Assembly: GCA_030390025.1 (NCBI GenBank) | Contig: CM059433.1 | Location: 23,438,001 to 23,502,000 of the forward strand | Source of the DNA: Squalus acanthias | Lineage: Eukaryota | Direction of reading: 5' to 3' | DNA length: 64,000 bases | Part shown: piece after piece, positions 25,260 to 35,685 of the stretch | Numbering within the stretch: the first letter of the stretch is position 1 | Layout of the letters: every line of letters starts with the position of its first letter | Notes under the pieces: model-generated | The model's input: only the letters and a program-made list of their open reading frames with translations | The model's database searches: none | Told to the model about the DNA's origin: nothing | Made by a program: the position numbers and the translations under genes

Positions 25260-26401
25260 TGTGAAGGAATAAGCCATATAACCTATTCAGAAAAATACAC
25301 TATCTTTTGAAAGAATTCTGGCCTTATTAAAACATGACAAACTGGGTTTGGAAATCTAGAAACCTAACTATGAAAACGCTGTGAAAGGATTCTGGCTATT
25401 GAGATAAGATCGTTGTTGACACTGAATCAATAACCTTATTGAAACAGAAGGTTAAAGGCTCCGGCCGGCTGCACCTTTCGGAATGAAACAATGGTTCACC
25501 CTGGATAAGGTGTTCTAATTTACACTTCGTAAAGAAGCACATAAAAGTAAGAAACATCTGCCTTCATAAAAATGACATCAAGTAAAACACACCTGCCGTT
25601 ACACCGTTTTTCATGGTAAACTTAGAACACCTAGAGAGGAGACATGATTCTGTAATGCTACCAGCTGATCTGGCAGTAAGAATTGCAGAGGTCAGCAGAA
25701 AAATGACGAGAGATAATTAGCTTGCATCAGCAGAAAACCTTGAAGGAAATACCACTGGAAAAGGGTATAAATATTGAACTCTCAAATGGGATAGTAGACT
25801 CGCTTTAAAGGGGCAAAGCGATTCTCGGCTTCAGAGGCAGCTCTGTAAGTCTCCAACTCTTTGTACCTCGGGGATCAAAGGTATTTGATTTTGGTGGATA
25901 TCCTGAATAGAACTTTAAGAACTGTAAAACTGTAGCGAAGTTAAGATTTGAAAGGAAGGTTTACTGATAATAGAATTGTAAGCTTTCTGTTTTTGGAACT
26001 GTTAATGTTGCGATTGACTCACCAACTGTAAATTACATGTCGGTTCTTTAATAAATCTATATATTTTTAGAATTGTCTCACATAAGACTTCTGTATCAAA
26101 CTCACAAACTCAATCTCTGTACACTCTTTGGTGAGGAGTTGCAGAATTCTGGGGGAGTTTTCCGGACATTCATAATATCCGGAACATTATGGTCTAGCTA
26201 AACTTATTAAAAGTGCTATCTGGAGGATGGTAACATTCTCAGGTTGTTCCTTTTCTTTAGGGAGAGATAGTCCAGACCTTTAGACCCAATTAAGTATCTT
26301 TAGGATTCAGCTACCTCAAACTTTAGTTGAAAGTGAACGTCTGAGGAATACGCTGATCCAGGGTAGCCCTAAAGGGGCTAGGACTAGTAATTATCCCTTC
26401 A
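25260..26401 (+). repeat. 5' LTR (1142 bp)
   Basis: TGTGAAGG...CCCTTCA. TATAAA 25766-25771, AATAAA 26050-26055. Direct repeat of 29858-30663. Confidence 0.95.
25766..25850 (+). promoter_or_regulatory. LTR core promoter, R-region hairpin and putative major splice donor
   Basis: TATAAA 25766. Inverted repeat AGACTCGCTTT/AAAGCGATTCT 25796-25825. GTAAGT at 25845-25850. All three are kept in the 3' LTR. Confidence 0.6.
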
Positions 26402-26403
26402 GT

Positions 26404-26421
26404 TGGTGCCCAACATGTGTG
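26404..26421 (+). promoter_or_regulatory. Primer-binding site, tRNA-Lys(1,2) type
   Basis: TGGTGCCCAACATG lies 2 nt after the LTR end, versus canonical TGGCGCCCAACGTG. Both mismatches in the first 14 nt are CpG transitions. Confidence 0.8.
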
Positions 26422-26543
26422 CTAATGAGTTGATACAGAACTCTATACTTATATTTATATCTATATCCATCTCGTAGATTGTTAAGTATAGAAGGAGTGT
26501 TTTACTGACAGTGGTACTAAGACCCAGATTTAAGTCTCTAGAG

Positions 26544-26730
26544 ATGACAAGTCCCTGATCAGGCCTTGTAGAACTTAAATCAGAACTCCCTCAATATACC
26601 ATTGACCTTTAGAAATTTCTTGTAAAGTTCATATTAAATCCTAACCGAGGTTATGTCCTGACGAAATGGAAAACCCTGTATGAATTGGCCAAGTCTTTTT
26701 ATTAGGAAATTCAAACGATTGCTTTAGTAG
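26544..26730 (+). pseudogene. gag: Probable 5' remnant of gag
   Basis: ATG at 26544 opens a frame MTSP*SGLVELKSELPQYTIDL*KFLVKFILNPNRGYVLTKWKTLYELAKSFY*. Each of the three stops is one C>T from a sense codon. Assigned by position only. Confidence 0.4.
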
Positions 26731-29329
26731 GGGAAATAATCCTATCCCTGTACCTCCACAAGACCAAGTAATAATTTGTGATGGATCGTCAATGACAATT
26801 AAAAAAGGGACATCCCAACAATCCTCAGCTGGGATGGGGATAGTAGTAAGGACTTTTCGAGATTCCTATTCTTTTTTCCAGAAGAATTACTGTCCATACC
26901 CCTTGACCATAAGACAGCGCAATATGCTGAAGCCTCAGCACTACGGTATGCTTTAGAAAAGGCAGACCCTATTAAACCCACATTAATCTGTACAGATAGT
27001 GACGATTGTAAAAGAGGATATAACCAAGATCTAGTTTTCTGGGAACAAACAAACTTTACCAATCATAAGGGTAAACCCATAAAACATAAGTCATTGTGGG
27101 AAGACATTCTCCGTTCGAGAATGGAGAAACAGAATTGTCAGGTGATTCATGTAAACGGGCATACCACTGGGACAGTACACTCAAAAGGAAACAGTCTTGC
27201 AGACGAACAAGCGAAACGTTCGGTCTGGATGACACCCCCTGGAGAGGGGCCTGCCAATATTAGTGTTATCACTAGGGCAAAATGGGCAGCTAATCAGGAT
27301 GAGGAACTGATTCAGCTATTAGACCCAACAAAAGAGAATCCACAAGGATATCCATCAAAGTACTTTTACTCGGAAACCCCTACTGGTATTGTGCTAGTTA
27401 AGTTGCCCAAGAGAAACCGAGAAGTACCCCCGAGACACAAACGAGAATAGCTTGTAAAAGAAGCTCACGAGGGCATAGGTCAAGCATATTGTGGTGCCAG
27501 AACAACATTCTGCAAATTAACTCCCTTATTTTGGTGGCCAGGCATGGTTAAGGCCTGTAAAACATACGTGGCAAATTGTGAGCCTTGCAATTTAACCAAT
27601 AAGTCATCACTAATTAAGCCAACACCATTGGCTCCTGTGAAAGCTGATGAGCCAATGGGAAAATTATTTATTGACTTCATTGGACCACTTCCCCCGTCTT
27701 TGGGATACAGACATGTTCTCGTTTGTGTAGATGGATGTACTTCCTTCTGCTGGCTAGTCCCCACAAAAATTGTTTCGGAAAACGCACTCACCAATGCTAT
27801 TACTGACATAATGGGCCAGAAATTCGGATCTCCACAGGTGAGTACACGCTGTGGAAACCGGAACTTCCGTTCCCTTGAAGGAAGGGGTTCGGAGGTCAAA
27901 CGTGTGCACCGGAGAGGCAGTGCGTACGCATCGGACTTCCGTTTTTTTTTCAGGTTTCTGTGTAAGGGTAAGTCTCCAGCAGCTGCGCGGGGAAAAAGCA
28001 AGCGCAAGACCTGCTTTTAACAAGGTAAGTGGTGAATTAAGTAAAATTTAAACATTTTTCCAATAGGTTTATCTTTTTTAAATACTTTAAAGAAAGGTAA
28101 GTTTATTCTTAGCCCCGTTAAAAACTTTAATACATTTTTTCAAAATTTTTAATTTTTGTTTAAAAGTTAATTTATGTAATTTATAGTTATTTTAAAAATG
28201 TGATTTTTTTTAATGTATTTGAAGTTTTAGTTAGGTTTTGGGGCCGATCTCTATTCATAGATTTGACAGGTCTTCCTGTCAAAACTATGAATGGAGATTC
28301 CCTGCTCCGATTGGCTCTCCATGGCCCATGTGATCCCAGGGGACGCTTCGAACTAACTGCGCCCCTGGGATACGCAGGCACTGCACACCGGCAGCTGGAG
28401 GAGGCCCAGGATCGGAATCCCACGCAGGCCCACAGCATAATGGCAGGCGCGCTAGGTAAGTGCAGGTTGGGGGCTTGCACCAGCGGGAAGCCTCCGACCC
28501 GAATTTCTGGCCCAATTACTGTAGCTGGTGCACCCAAAATCTTACACTCCGTTAAAGGCGGAGCCTTTGTCTCCAAGGTCTTCAAAGACTACTGCGAACA
28601 AAGGGGGATTGGGTTAGAGCACAGCACGCCATGTCATCTGCCATCAGTGGGGCTGGTGGAACGTAAAAACCAGAAGTAAAAAAGCTATTGGTCATACTGT
28701 TGAGAATCAGGGGAAATGAGTGGACCACTGTCATTCCGGAGGTGCAGCTATCACTTAATAATGTGCCCACATCTGCATCAGGGACAGTGTCCCCTAAAAC
28801 TCCATATTATCTGATGTATGGGGTTGAGATGCATACACCGCCTACCCATGGTTCTTTTATTGCCTCTACACACTCTGAGTCCTTGACCCGACAGCAACAG
28901 TTAGATTTAAAAAAAGAAGTAACAGAGGAGATTCATCAAATTGATCAGAGGATAAGGGAGGCAAATAGGCAGAAAAAATTGACGAACAAAGCATGGCAAC
29001 CCCTAGCAGGAGAATGGGTACAGGAAAAGAAATTCGAGCAAAAACCTGGTTTAAGGCCTAAGTGGAAAAAACCTGTTCAAATACGTTCCGTTATTAACGA
29101 AAGAACAGTTAAAATACATATTAATCAGCTGAATGGCAAGCATATTCTTAAAACTGTCTCCATAGACAATCTCAAAAGATGTCCTGCGGGATACCGAAAT
29201 GGAGGAACAATACAAGGTACAGCCGTACACTGTCTTTCAAGACCCAGCTTGGAGCACGACACAGGAAATGGATGCGATCGAACTACTGACGACGGTCAGC
29301 CAGACGGTGTCACCGACTCCTCCACATGA
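26730..29329 (+). pseudogene. pol: Foamy-like pol remnant: RNase H plus integrase (frameshifts, stop, MITE insertion)
   Basis: RNase H: ICDGS...AGMGIV, SIPLDHKTAQYAE, TDS, KPIKH..W, GNSLAD. Integrase: GYPSKY (N-terminal extension), AH...WWPGM...CEPC, FIDFIGPLPPS, PKILHS.KG.AF, VERKN, LRPKWKKP, TVSIDNLK. Confidence 0.93.
27813..28513 (+). mobile_element. Harbinger-type MITE (family 1) inserted in the viral integrase
   Basis: Perfect 15-bp TIRs GGGCCAGAAATTCGG / CCGAATTTCTGGCCC. TSD AAT (27810-27812, 28514-28516). Removing it restores ...ITDIITVAGAPKILHS. Confidence 0.95.
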
Positions 29330-29546
29330 TACTTGGCAATGCCTCAGAAAATGGATTCGCAAAAAGCCACAACCAAAACAAGTAAAGATCAACGAGTTAC
29401 TTCAACGAAGGATGAAAACACTGTGGATGGAGAAGGAATCAACTGAGCTCCTGGCAAGGCCTTTACGAAAACAAGAATCTGTCCTCACGCTGGATCAATG
29501 GAACAGCGTGTCAAGCTTCAGCCAGTTCCAAATGACGTCTCCTTGA
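29199..29546 (+). pseudogene. env: Truncated env (leader-peptide region), overlapping the pol 3' end
   Basis: ATG lies inside the pol Asn-Gly codons (AAT GGA) just after TVSIDNLK, the arrangement of prototype foamy virus. 115 codons, then no SU/TM sequence. Confidence 0.65.
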
Positions 29547-29821
29547 CTCATATGAATAACTCACCTCGAAGGAACGTACATCTGCCAATTGGACATTCTA
29601 AGTACATGTTGTTTCGCTAATTGCATGACAATGTACCTATCATTCTTTTAATTTGTGTTCAATTTAAAATAAGGCAAAATATTGTCTTGGGATGACTAAA
29701 AGGAATTTTCATGTAGCACATGATTGGGCTCTTGTGATTCTCGTGACATTAATGTACTATTGTAACCTTATTAGTAACATTGACCAAACTCTGCCCTGAT
29801 GTTTCAGCTCATTTTTTGGTC

Positions 29822-29856
29822 AAGGAGGGCGGTGGCGGGGGGGGGGGGGGGGGGGG
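29822..29856 (+). promoter_or_regulatory. 3' polypurine tract with G-run expansion
   Basis: AAGGAGGGCGGTGGC followed by 20 G, immediately before the 3' LTR. Confidence 0.75.
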
Positions 29857-29857
29857 C

Positions 29858-30663
29858 AGTGAAGGAATAAGCCATATAACCTATTCAGAAAAATACACTA
29901 TCTTTTGAAAGAATTCTGGTCTTATTAAAACATGACAAACTGGGTTTGGAAATCTAGAAACTTAACTATGAAAAAGCTGTGAAAGCATTCTGGTTATTGA
30001 GATAAGATCGTTGTTGACACTGAATCAATAACCTTATTGAAACAGAAGGTTAAAGGCTCCGGCAGGCTGAACCTTTTGGAATGAAACAATGGTTAACCCT
30101 GGATAAGGTGTTCTAATTTACACTTCGTGAAGAAGCACATAAAAGTAAGAAACATCTGCCTTCATAAAAATGACATCAAGTAAAACACACCTGCCGTTAC
30201 ACCGTTTTTTATGGTAAACTTAGAACACCTGGAGAGGAGACATGAGTCTGTAATGCTACCAGTTGATCTGGCCGTAAGAATTGCAGAGGTCAGCAGAAAA
30301 ATGACTATAGATAATTAGCTTGCATCAGCAGAAAACCTTAAAGGAAATACCACTGGAAAAGGCTATAAATATTAAACTCTCAAATGGGATAGTAGACTCG
30401 CTTTAAAGGGGCAAAGCGATTCTCGGCTTCAAAGGCGGCTCTGTAAGTCTCCAACTCTTTGTACCTCGGGAATCAAAGGTATTTGATTTTGGTGGAATTG
30501 CTGAATAGAACTTTAAGAACTGTAAAACTGGAGCGAAGTTAAGATTTGAAAGTAAGGTTCACTGATATAGGATTGTAAGCTTTCTCTTTTTGGAACTGTT
30601 AATGTTGCGATTGACTGATCTGGGGTAGCCCTAAAGGGGCTAGGACTGGTAATTATCCCTTCA
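29858..30663 (+). repeat. 3' LTR (806 bp, about 330-bp R/U5 deletion)
   Basis: Collinear with the 5' LTR but lacks the segment equivalent to about 26020-26352. Confidence 0.95.
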
Positions 30664-33600
30664 ATTGTACTAGGTCTAGTGGCTGTTCTTCCAGGTTTAC
30701 AAAAATAGAAGGGAATTTTAGGATGCTGGCTGTAACAGGCACGCTCAAAGTGCTTGCAGTACAATAGATTGCGTGTGATGGTTGATTATATACCCGTGTG
30801 TCAGTGCATTGTTAAGCGAATGAGACAGAAAAGGAGCAGGATGGCACTAGCCTGAGACTGGGAGCACCTCCAGCTTCACTTTCCACTGTCTCCTCTGTGC
30901 TCTTTTCACCAATCACATTCAGATAGCTCTTCAAATGAAGCACGAGATTGACATTTCTGAGGTCTCCTCTTCCAGTTCGTGTTGGTTCCCTTCTGTCCTG
31001 TGGCATCCTGTCCTTCAAGCAGAGAAGTCGTCTTAAAATGTTGCAAATTTAAAGAGCATAGACCAGGGCTGATTCCATGATTGGGCATTCCCCGTGAGGA
31101 AGTGTTGGTCAGCAAATTGTGGGCTCTCAGCCCCTGATTTTCCCTCTATTTAAATGAATGGGCTGAAAATCAGAGGCCGTGGGGTTGTGATTTCCTGACC
31201 AGTGTTCCCTGCGAACGCAACTCCTCACCAGGAGCACCCAGGTAGGGAATTGGTCCTGCAGTGACACGCAAGTACCCATCACGTGTCAGTAAATGAATAG
31301 GTACAAGGAATGTTAAGAAGATTTGACATATGAGCCCCCTTTACGATTTCAGCGTGAAAATTGATTCAGTTATAAGTTGCAGGTTGCAGTATGCACATGT
31401 GATATAAGCACTCAAAAGATTGTCCGAATGCTTTAGATGGAGCAGCAGTAAAAGAGTGGATAGTTAAGGGGAAACATCAGTACCACAGACAACACCCTCC
31501 GTTCCCTCATTTCATCCGGCATGAGTGTAACATCAGTGAACCTGGTGGTTCATGGGAAAAAAAACTTCCATTGTGCAGGAATTGTGTTGCCCAAACCCTT
31601 CCCCTTGTGTTGCAGGTGATAATGTGGCCTTTTAAATGTCTCGTGTTCCCTCAGACAGACCACTGTAGGGGCAGGAGTTTGCACAGAATAGATAATGAAT
31701 TAATAACAATAGATTCGAGCTGACACAGCTGTTGATGTCTTTCACAAAGGTTCTTCTTTAATTTCTCAGGGGTCGACTAAGCAAACACTTGCTTTTACGA
31801 GGCCGGCTACAAATCGTTAAGCAGCTTTATTTCACAGGAAGCTGGACCTACAGAACAGCCGTTATGATCAATCTCACTTCATTCAATCCATACAATTTAT
31901 CTTTGTGTAACAATACAAAATGAAGAACACACCATACCAGTCCACATCACTTGACTTAAACAAGATGGCTTGTAACTGTCCTCCAGCATTTCCAACCTCT
32001 TCGCCTCAGCGAAAGCCAGCACAGTTTTCTCTTTTACAAATCTGAATGGCTTTGCAGCCTTCCTGTTTCAAAAAACCTCGCCGTGACTGCTTGTGTCTGT
32101 GTGCGTTTTATTTCTCGACGTTCACAGCCAGAAAGGGGATCAAAGATTTTCCAACAAAATGGGTGTGAGTTGTTTATCGACTAGCGACAAACACATAAAC
32201 TGCTCATTTACAACCCATGCGGAAATAGCATCAAATCTAGCTCATTCTCATCTTAACTATCTATCGGCGCAGACCCCCCCACCCCCTTTTTAACTTCCAT
32301 GAATACGCTAAATCACAACATTTAAAGTAAATCTTTTTTCCAAAGCCTCTCTTTGCAAAAATGGTCCAAAAATCCTGAAATGTGACAATATGCAAATCAT
32401 GAATATTGGCCTTAAACAGCCATGCAAGTGCTGACAGCAGAAGCACTCACATTGTACCATTTACCTATGATTTGTATGTGATGGGGAATTTCCAGGCTTA
32501 GGTGTATTCCTGGTGCCCTCCAGCATGGTATTGTTAGCACGATTGGCAGCAATGCCACTCCTGACCTTGACATTTGTACATTGAATCACAGATTAGCAAT
32601 ATCCAGGTTGAGTCCTGTGATTTGCCGAACAATGAGTTGTCAGTTGCAGCTAGGGGTGTGTGTGGAGGGGCAGAGCAGTAGTGATGCATTTCCTGGCAAT
32701 ATGAAAAGAGAAATAATGAACCAGGGTACACTGATGACATGAACCTTCCAGTGGCCAATTTCATAAATGAATTAACAAAGATTTAAGAACACATGACGTC
32801 ACTTGCCTCGTCTCGTATATGCATAAAACGAGGCAGAAAAAGTCTTGCAGATAAAGTTAACAGTATAGGGCTATTTTTATAACAGATAGGGAATCCTTGG
32901 GAATGTGCAGTCATTCTCCTGAAACGTGCTCCCAGCCAGCAAAGCTCCTCACTGGGAACGCTCGTTCATGAAACTGGCCCTTGACCGGTCAATTCTGTCT
33001 GGCTCCATTCCCAGTGTCACCCGGTGAAAGGGCAGACCAGAGAATCAGACAGGGTGGTCAGTACCAAGTCTCGGCATTTCCAATTTTCTGGCGATTAATA
33101 TTAATATCCGTAAAATCAGGAGCACCGTGAGTCAGGCACAATGACCTCCAGGCCTGATTCTATGATCTGCATTCCCGCCGAGTGAGGCTCTGCACTGGGA
33201 GCAGAACCATGCAAAATGTATCCCTTTTCTAACATATAAGAGGCACTGACTTAGGTTTGATGCTCATTGTCCCTGACGTATACTGCCTTTATACAGAGCA
33301 GTTTTCATTATAGCAAGTATCTAAGTCACTCCTACACCCGTATACAATCACATCTTGAATAATAACTTCACATGTAGCGCAATAATAGATGTAAAGACAA
33401 AACAAATACGAATGCTGGGATTAAAGATCTGATGAAAGACGCCACCTGATACTTTAAACTTACTTTCTCTTTTCAAATGATGATCAACCTGCCGTCCATT
33501 TCCAGCATTTCCTGTTATTAATTATTAAACTAGCATACTTATTAAAAACTATAATCACTCAAATCATTAGATAGTAATTTACCATTGCATAAGGTATGAA

Positions 33601-35489
33601 ATTATTATTAAAATTACTACAGTATCAATTTCAAACGTTTTAACTTTTTGAGGTTTTGTTTTAAACATCCACTGCCTCAATTCAAATGAATTTTTGTTAA
33701 AATTTTAGATTAAAGGAACATCAATTAGTCTGAGAGCAGGCAGGCACTTTATAATTACTAAATCGTCTGAAGATTATTAACTATTCAAGGGCATTATCTG
33801 TGCCATTATCTTCAGGGCTACATCAGGCCATTAAGTACAAACACGGGAATATAATTACAAAAACTGGTGTAGAATTATTACAATTATCTCAGTATGTGTT
33901 CAAGCACTTTCTAATGAGTGTGTTTTAATTGTTCCTTTTGTTTCTCATTAATGAAAGATGCAACTCCATTAAATTCCCGTGAAATGTTACTTCATACAAA
34001 TAGCAGCCACAAATAGAAAGAAATTTCATGTTTCTAAGAAGAGCCACTTCACATATGGTTGGAAATCTGAAACGTACAAAATAATTACATAGTTAGAGAC
34101 ACACTGAGTTCAGTTATCTTGGGAATCAATAATTTAGTCTTGATTATCATATTTCCCTGAATTGCTTGCTAGAAACATCATCCTGTTTATCAAAAAAGAA
34201 ATGATTTTCTCTAATATGTCTGAAAAAATGCAGGATATTTTCTACCACCTGCTGTGACATAACACTTCAAACCAGAAAATCAAAATAATAGTCCGCCCTT
34301 AGGATACCTAAAACATATTGCGATATTTTTCTAGAGCTACTCACAAATGTTTCCAAAACTTTTAAAAATGATAACTCAAGACTATAACAGCAGAAATCAA
34401 TAACTTGCTTAAAAATAATCAACATTCAATTATATGAGATGTCCTTTACAAACACTTATTTCCTATATGGCTCATCCAATCGTTCTGTTATTGTAAATTG
34501 ATCTTAAAAGAAAAAAATACAGTTCAAAAGTTAACGCAAACACCTTTCAGACCATTTAATTTTTCCTCCTGAAAAGATTGTGCTGAATAGTGCTGCAGGG
34601 CATTGAAATAACATGAGATGGGTACCAATAAAAATTTACATTTTCAGTTAAAAATACATTTTTGCACTCACCTATGGAAATAAATGTTTGGTTACTTTTC
34701 TTTTCCTCATTGCTGTGCCCATTAAGGTGAGGGATGTGAGTCCAGGGAATGGAATACTTTCCCACCTTGGGAGAGAAATTCAGCTTATTTCCGCATGCCT
34801 TGGTCCCGTAAAATGGGCATTCAGCCTCTGAATTTCGCATTGTGATCTGTCATGCCTAATCTGGACCAGAAGTGCGGTGGAAACAAGGCTTGAGTGACTG
34901 ATAGGGTGTAATTTTAATCTAACCTCCCCTGCGGGGAATTGACGTTTTGACCCCCCTGCCCCATTTTACTCTCCATTAAAGTTCAGCCCGATCCTGTCAG
35001 TTTTCCACCGAGCAGCTTAGGTTGAAATTATCTCCTTAGTTTTCCAGGATGCCCACCTGAAACATGCTAATCGGGGTCCTGTGATGTTTGTGGTTCTCGA
35101 ATGCTAAATACAGGCATGAATGGGCGGACTTTGGTGATTGTACCAGGCAGCGGTTCACGAAGGCAGCTCACCACCACCTTCTAAAGGGCAATTAGGGATG
35201 GGCAATAAATTCTGGCTTCACCAGCGCTGCTCAAAGGGACCACTGCAAGAAGCCGTTCAACAAAAAGCACAAGATGTTTTCAATGTGTTTTATGGGCTCC
35301 TCCTCGGCCCACACAAAAGCTCCGACCCACTGCTGGTTTGTTTGAGGCCCCCTCAGGGGAAAGCCGCCCATCCCCATCCGCCAGCTGGCTCCACTTGACA
35401 GCTGATCAATTTCCCACCCTCTCCGATCAGCAAGCTGCAGTGGGGCACTATTTTGGCCCACAATGGTTGGGGGGGGGAGACGAATTTGG

Positions 35490-35685
35490 GGATGCATAAG
35501 AGGCCAGATTTGGAGGAAGGCAGAGTTTTCAGAGGATTGTATTGCTGGAGGAGGTCACAGAGAGATGGAGTGGCGAGGCCATGGAGGGATTTGAACGTGA
35601 GGATGAGAGTTTTAAATTCGAGGCGTTGGTGGACCGGGAGCCAATGTAGGTCAACGAGCACAGGGTTGATGGGTGAACGGGACTT
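35490..35685 (-). mobile_element. L2 LINE fragment
   Basis: LVDLHWLPVHQRLEFKTLILTFKSLHGLA, the L2-type ORF2 C-terminus. Confidence 0.85.

Larger units (their letters stand above)
25260..30663 (+). mobile_element. Endogenous foamy-virus-like (spumaretrovirus) provirus, internally deleted
   Basis: TG...CA termini, ATTG TSD (25256-25259, 30664-30667), paired LTRs, Lys-type PBS, foamy-like RNase H/integrase/env remnants, PPT before the 3' LTR. Confidence 0.93.

Noticed and set aside
27813..28513. Apparent novel extensions of integrase ORFs 27544-28020 and 28200-28679
   Set aside because: Read-through into and out of the MITE. Removing it restores a normal integrase core.
29547..29821. Search for tas/bel accessory ORFs or an internal promoter before the 3' LTR
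   Set aside because: AT-rich with stops in the frames I read. Nothing supportable remains.
32261..32465. GKWY lipocalin-like motif after a minus-strand AG
   Set aside because: The frame stops after 17 codons and the acceptor is weak. Likely chance.
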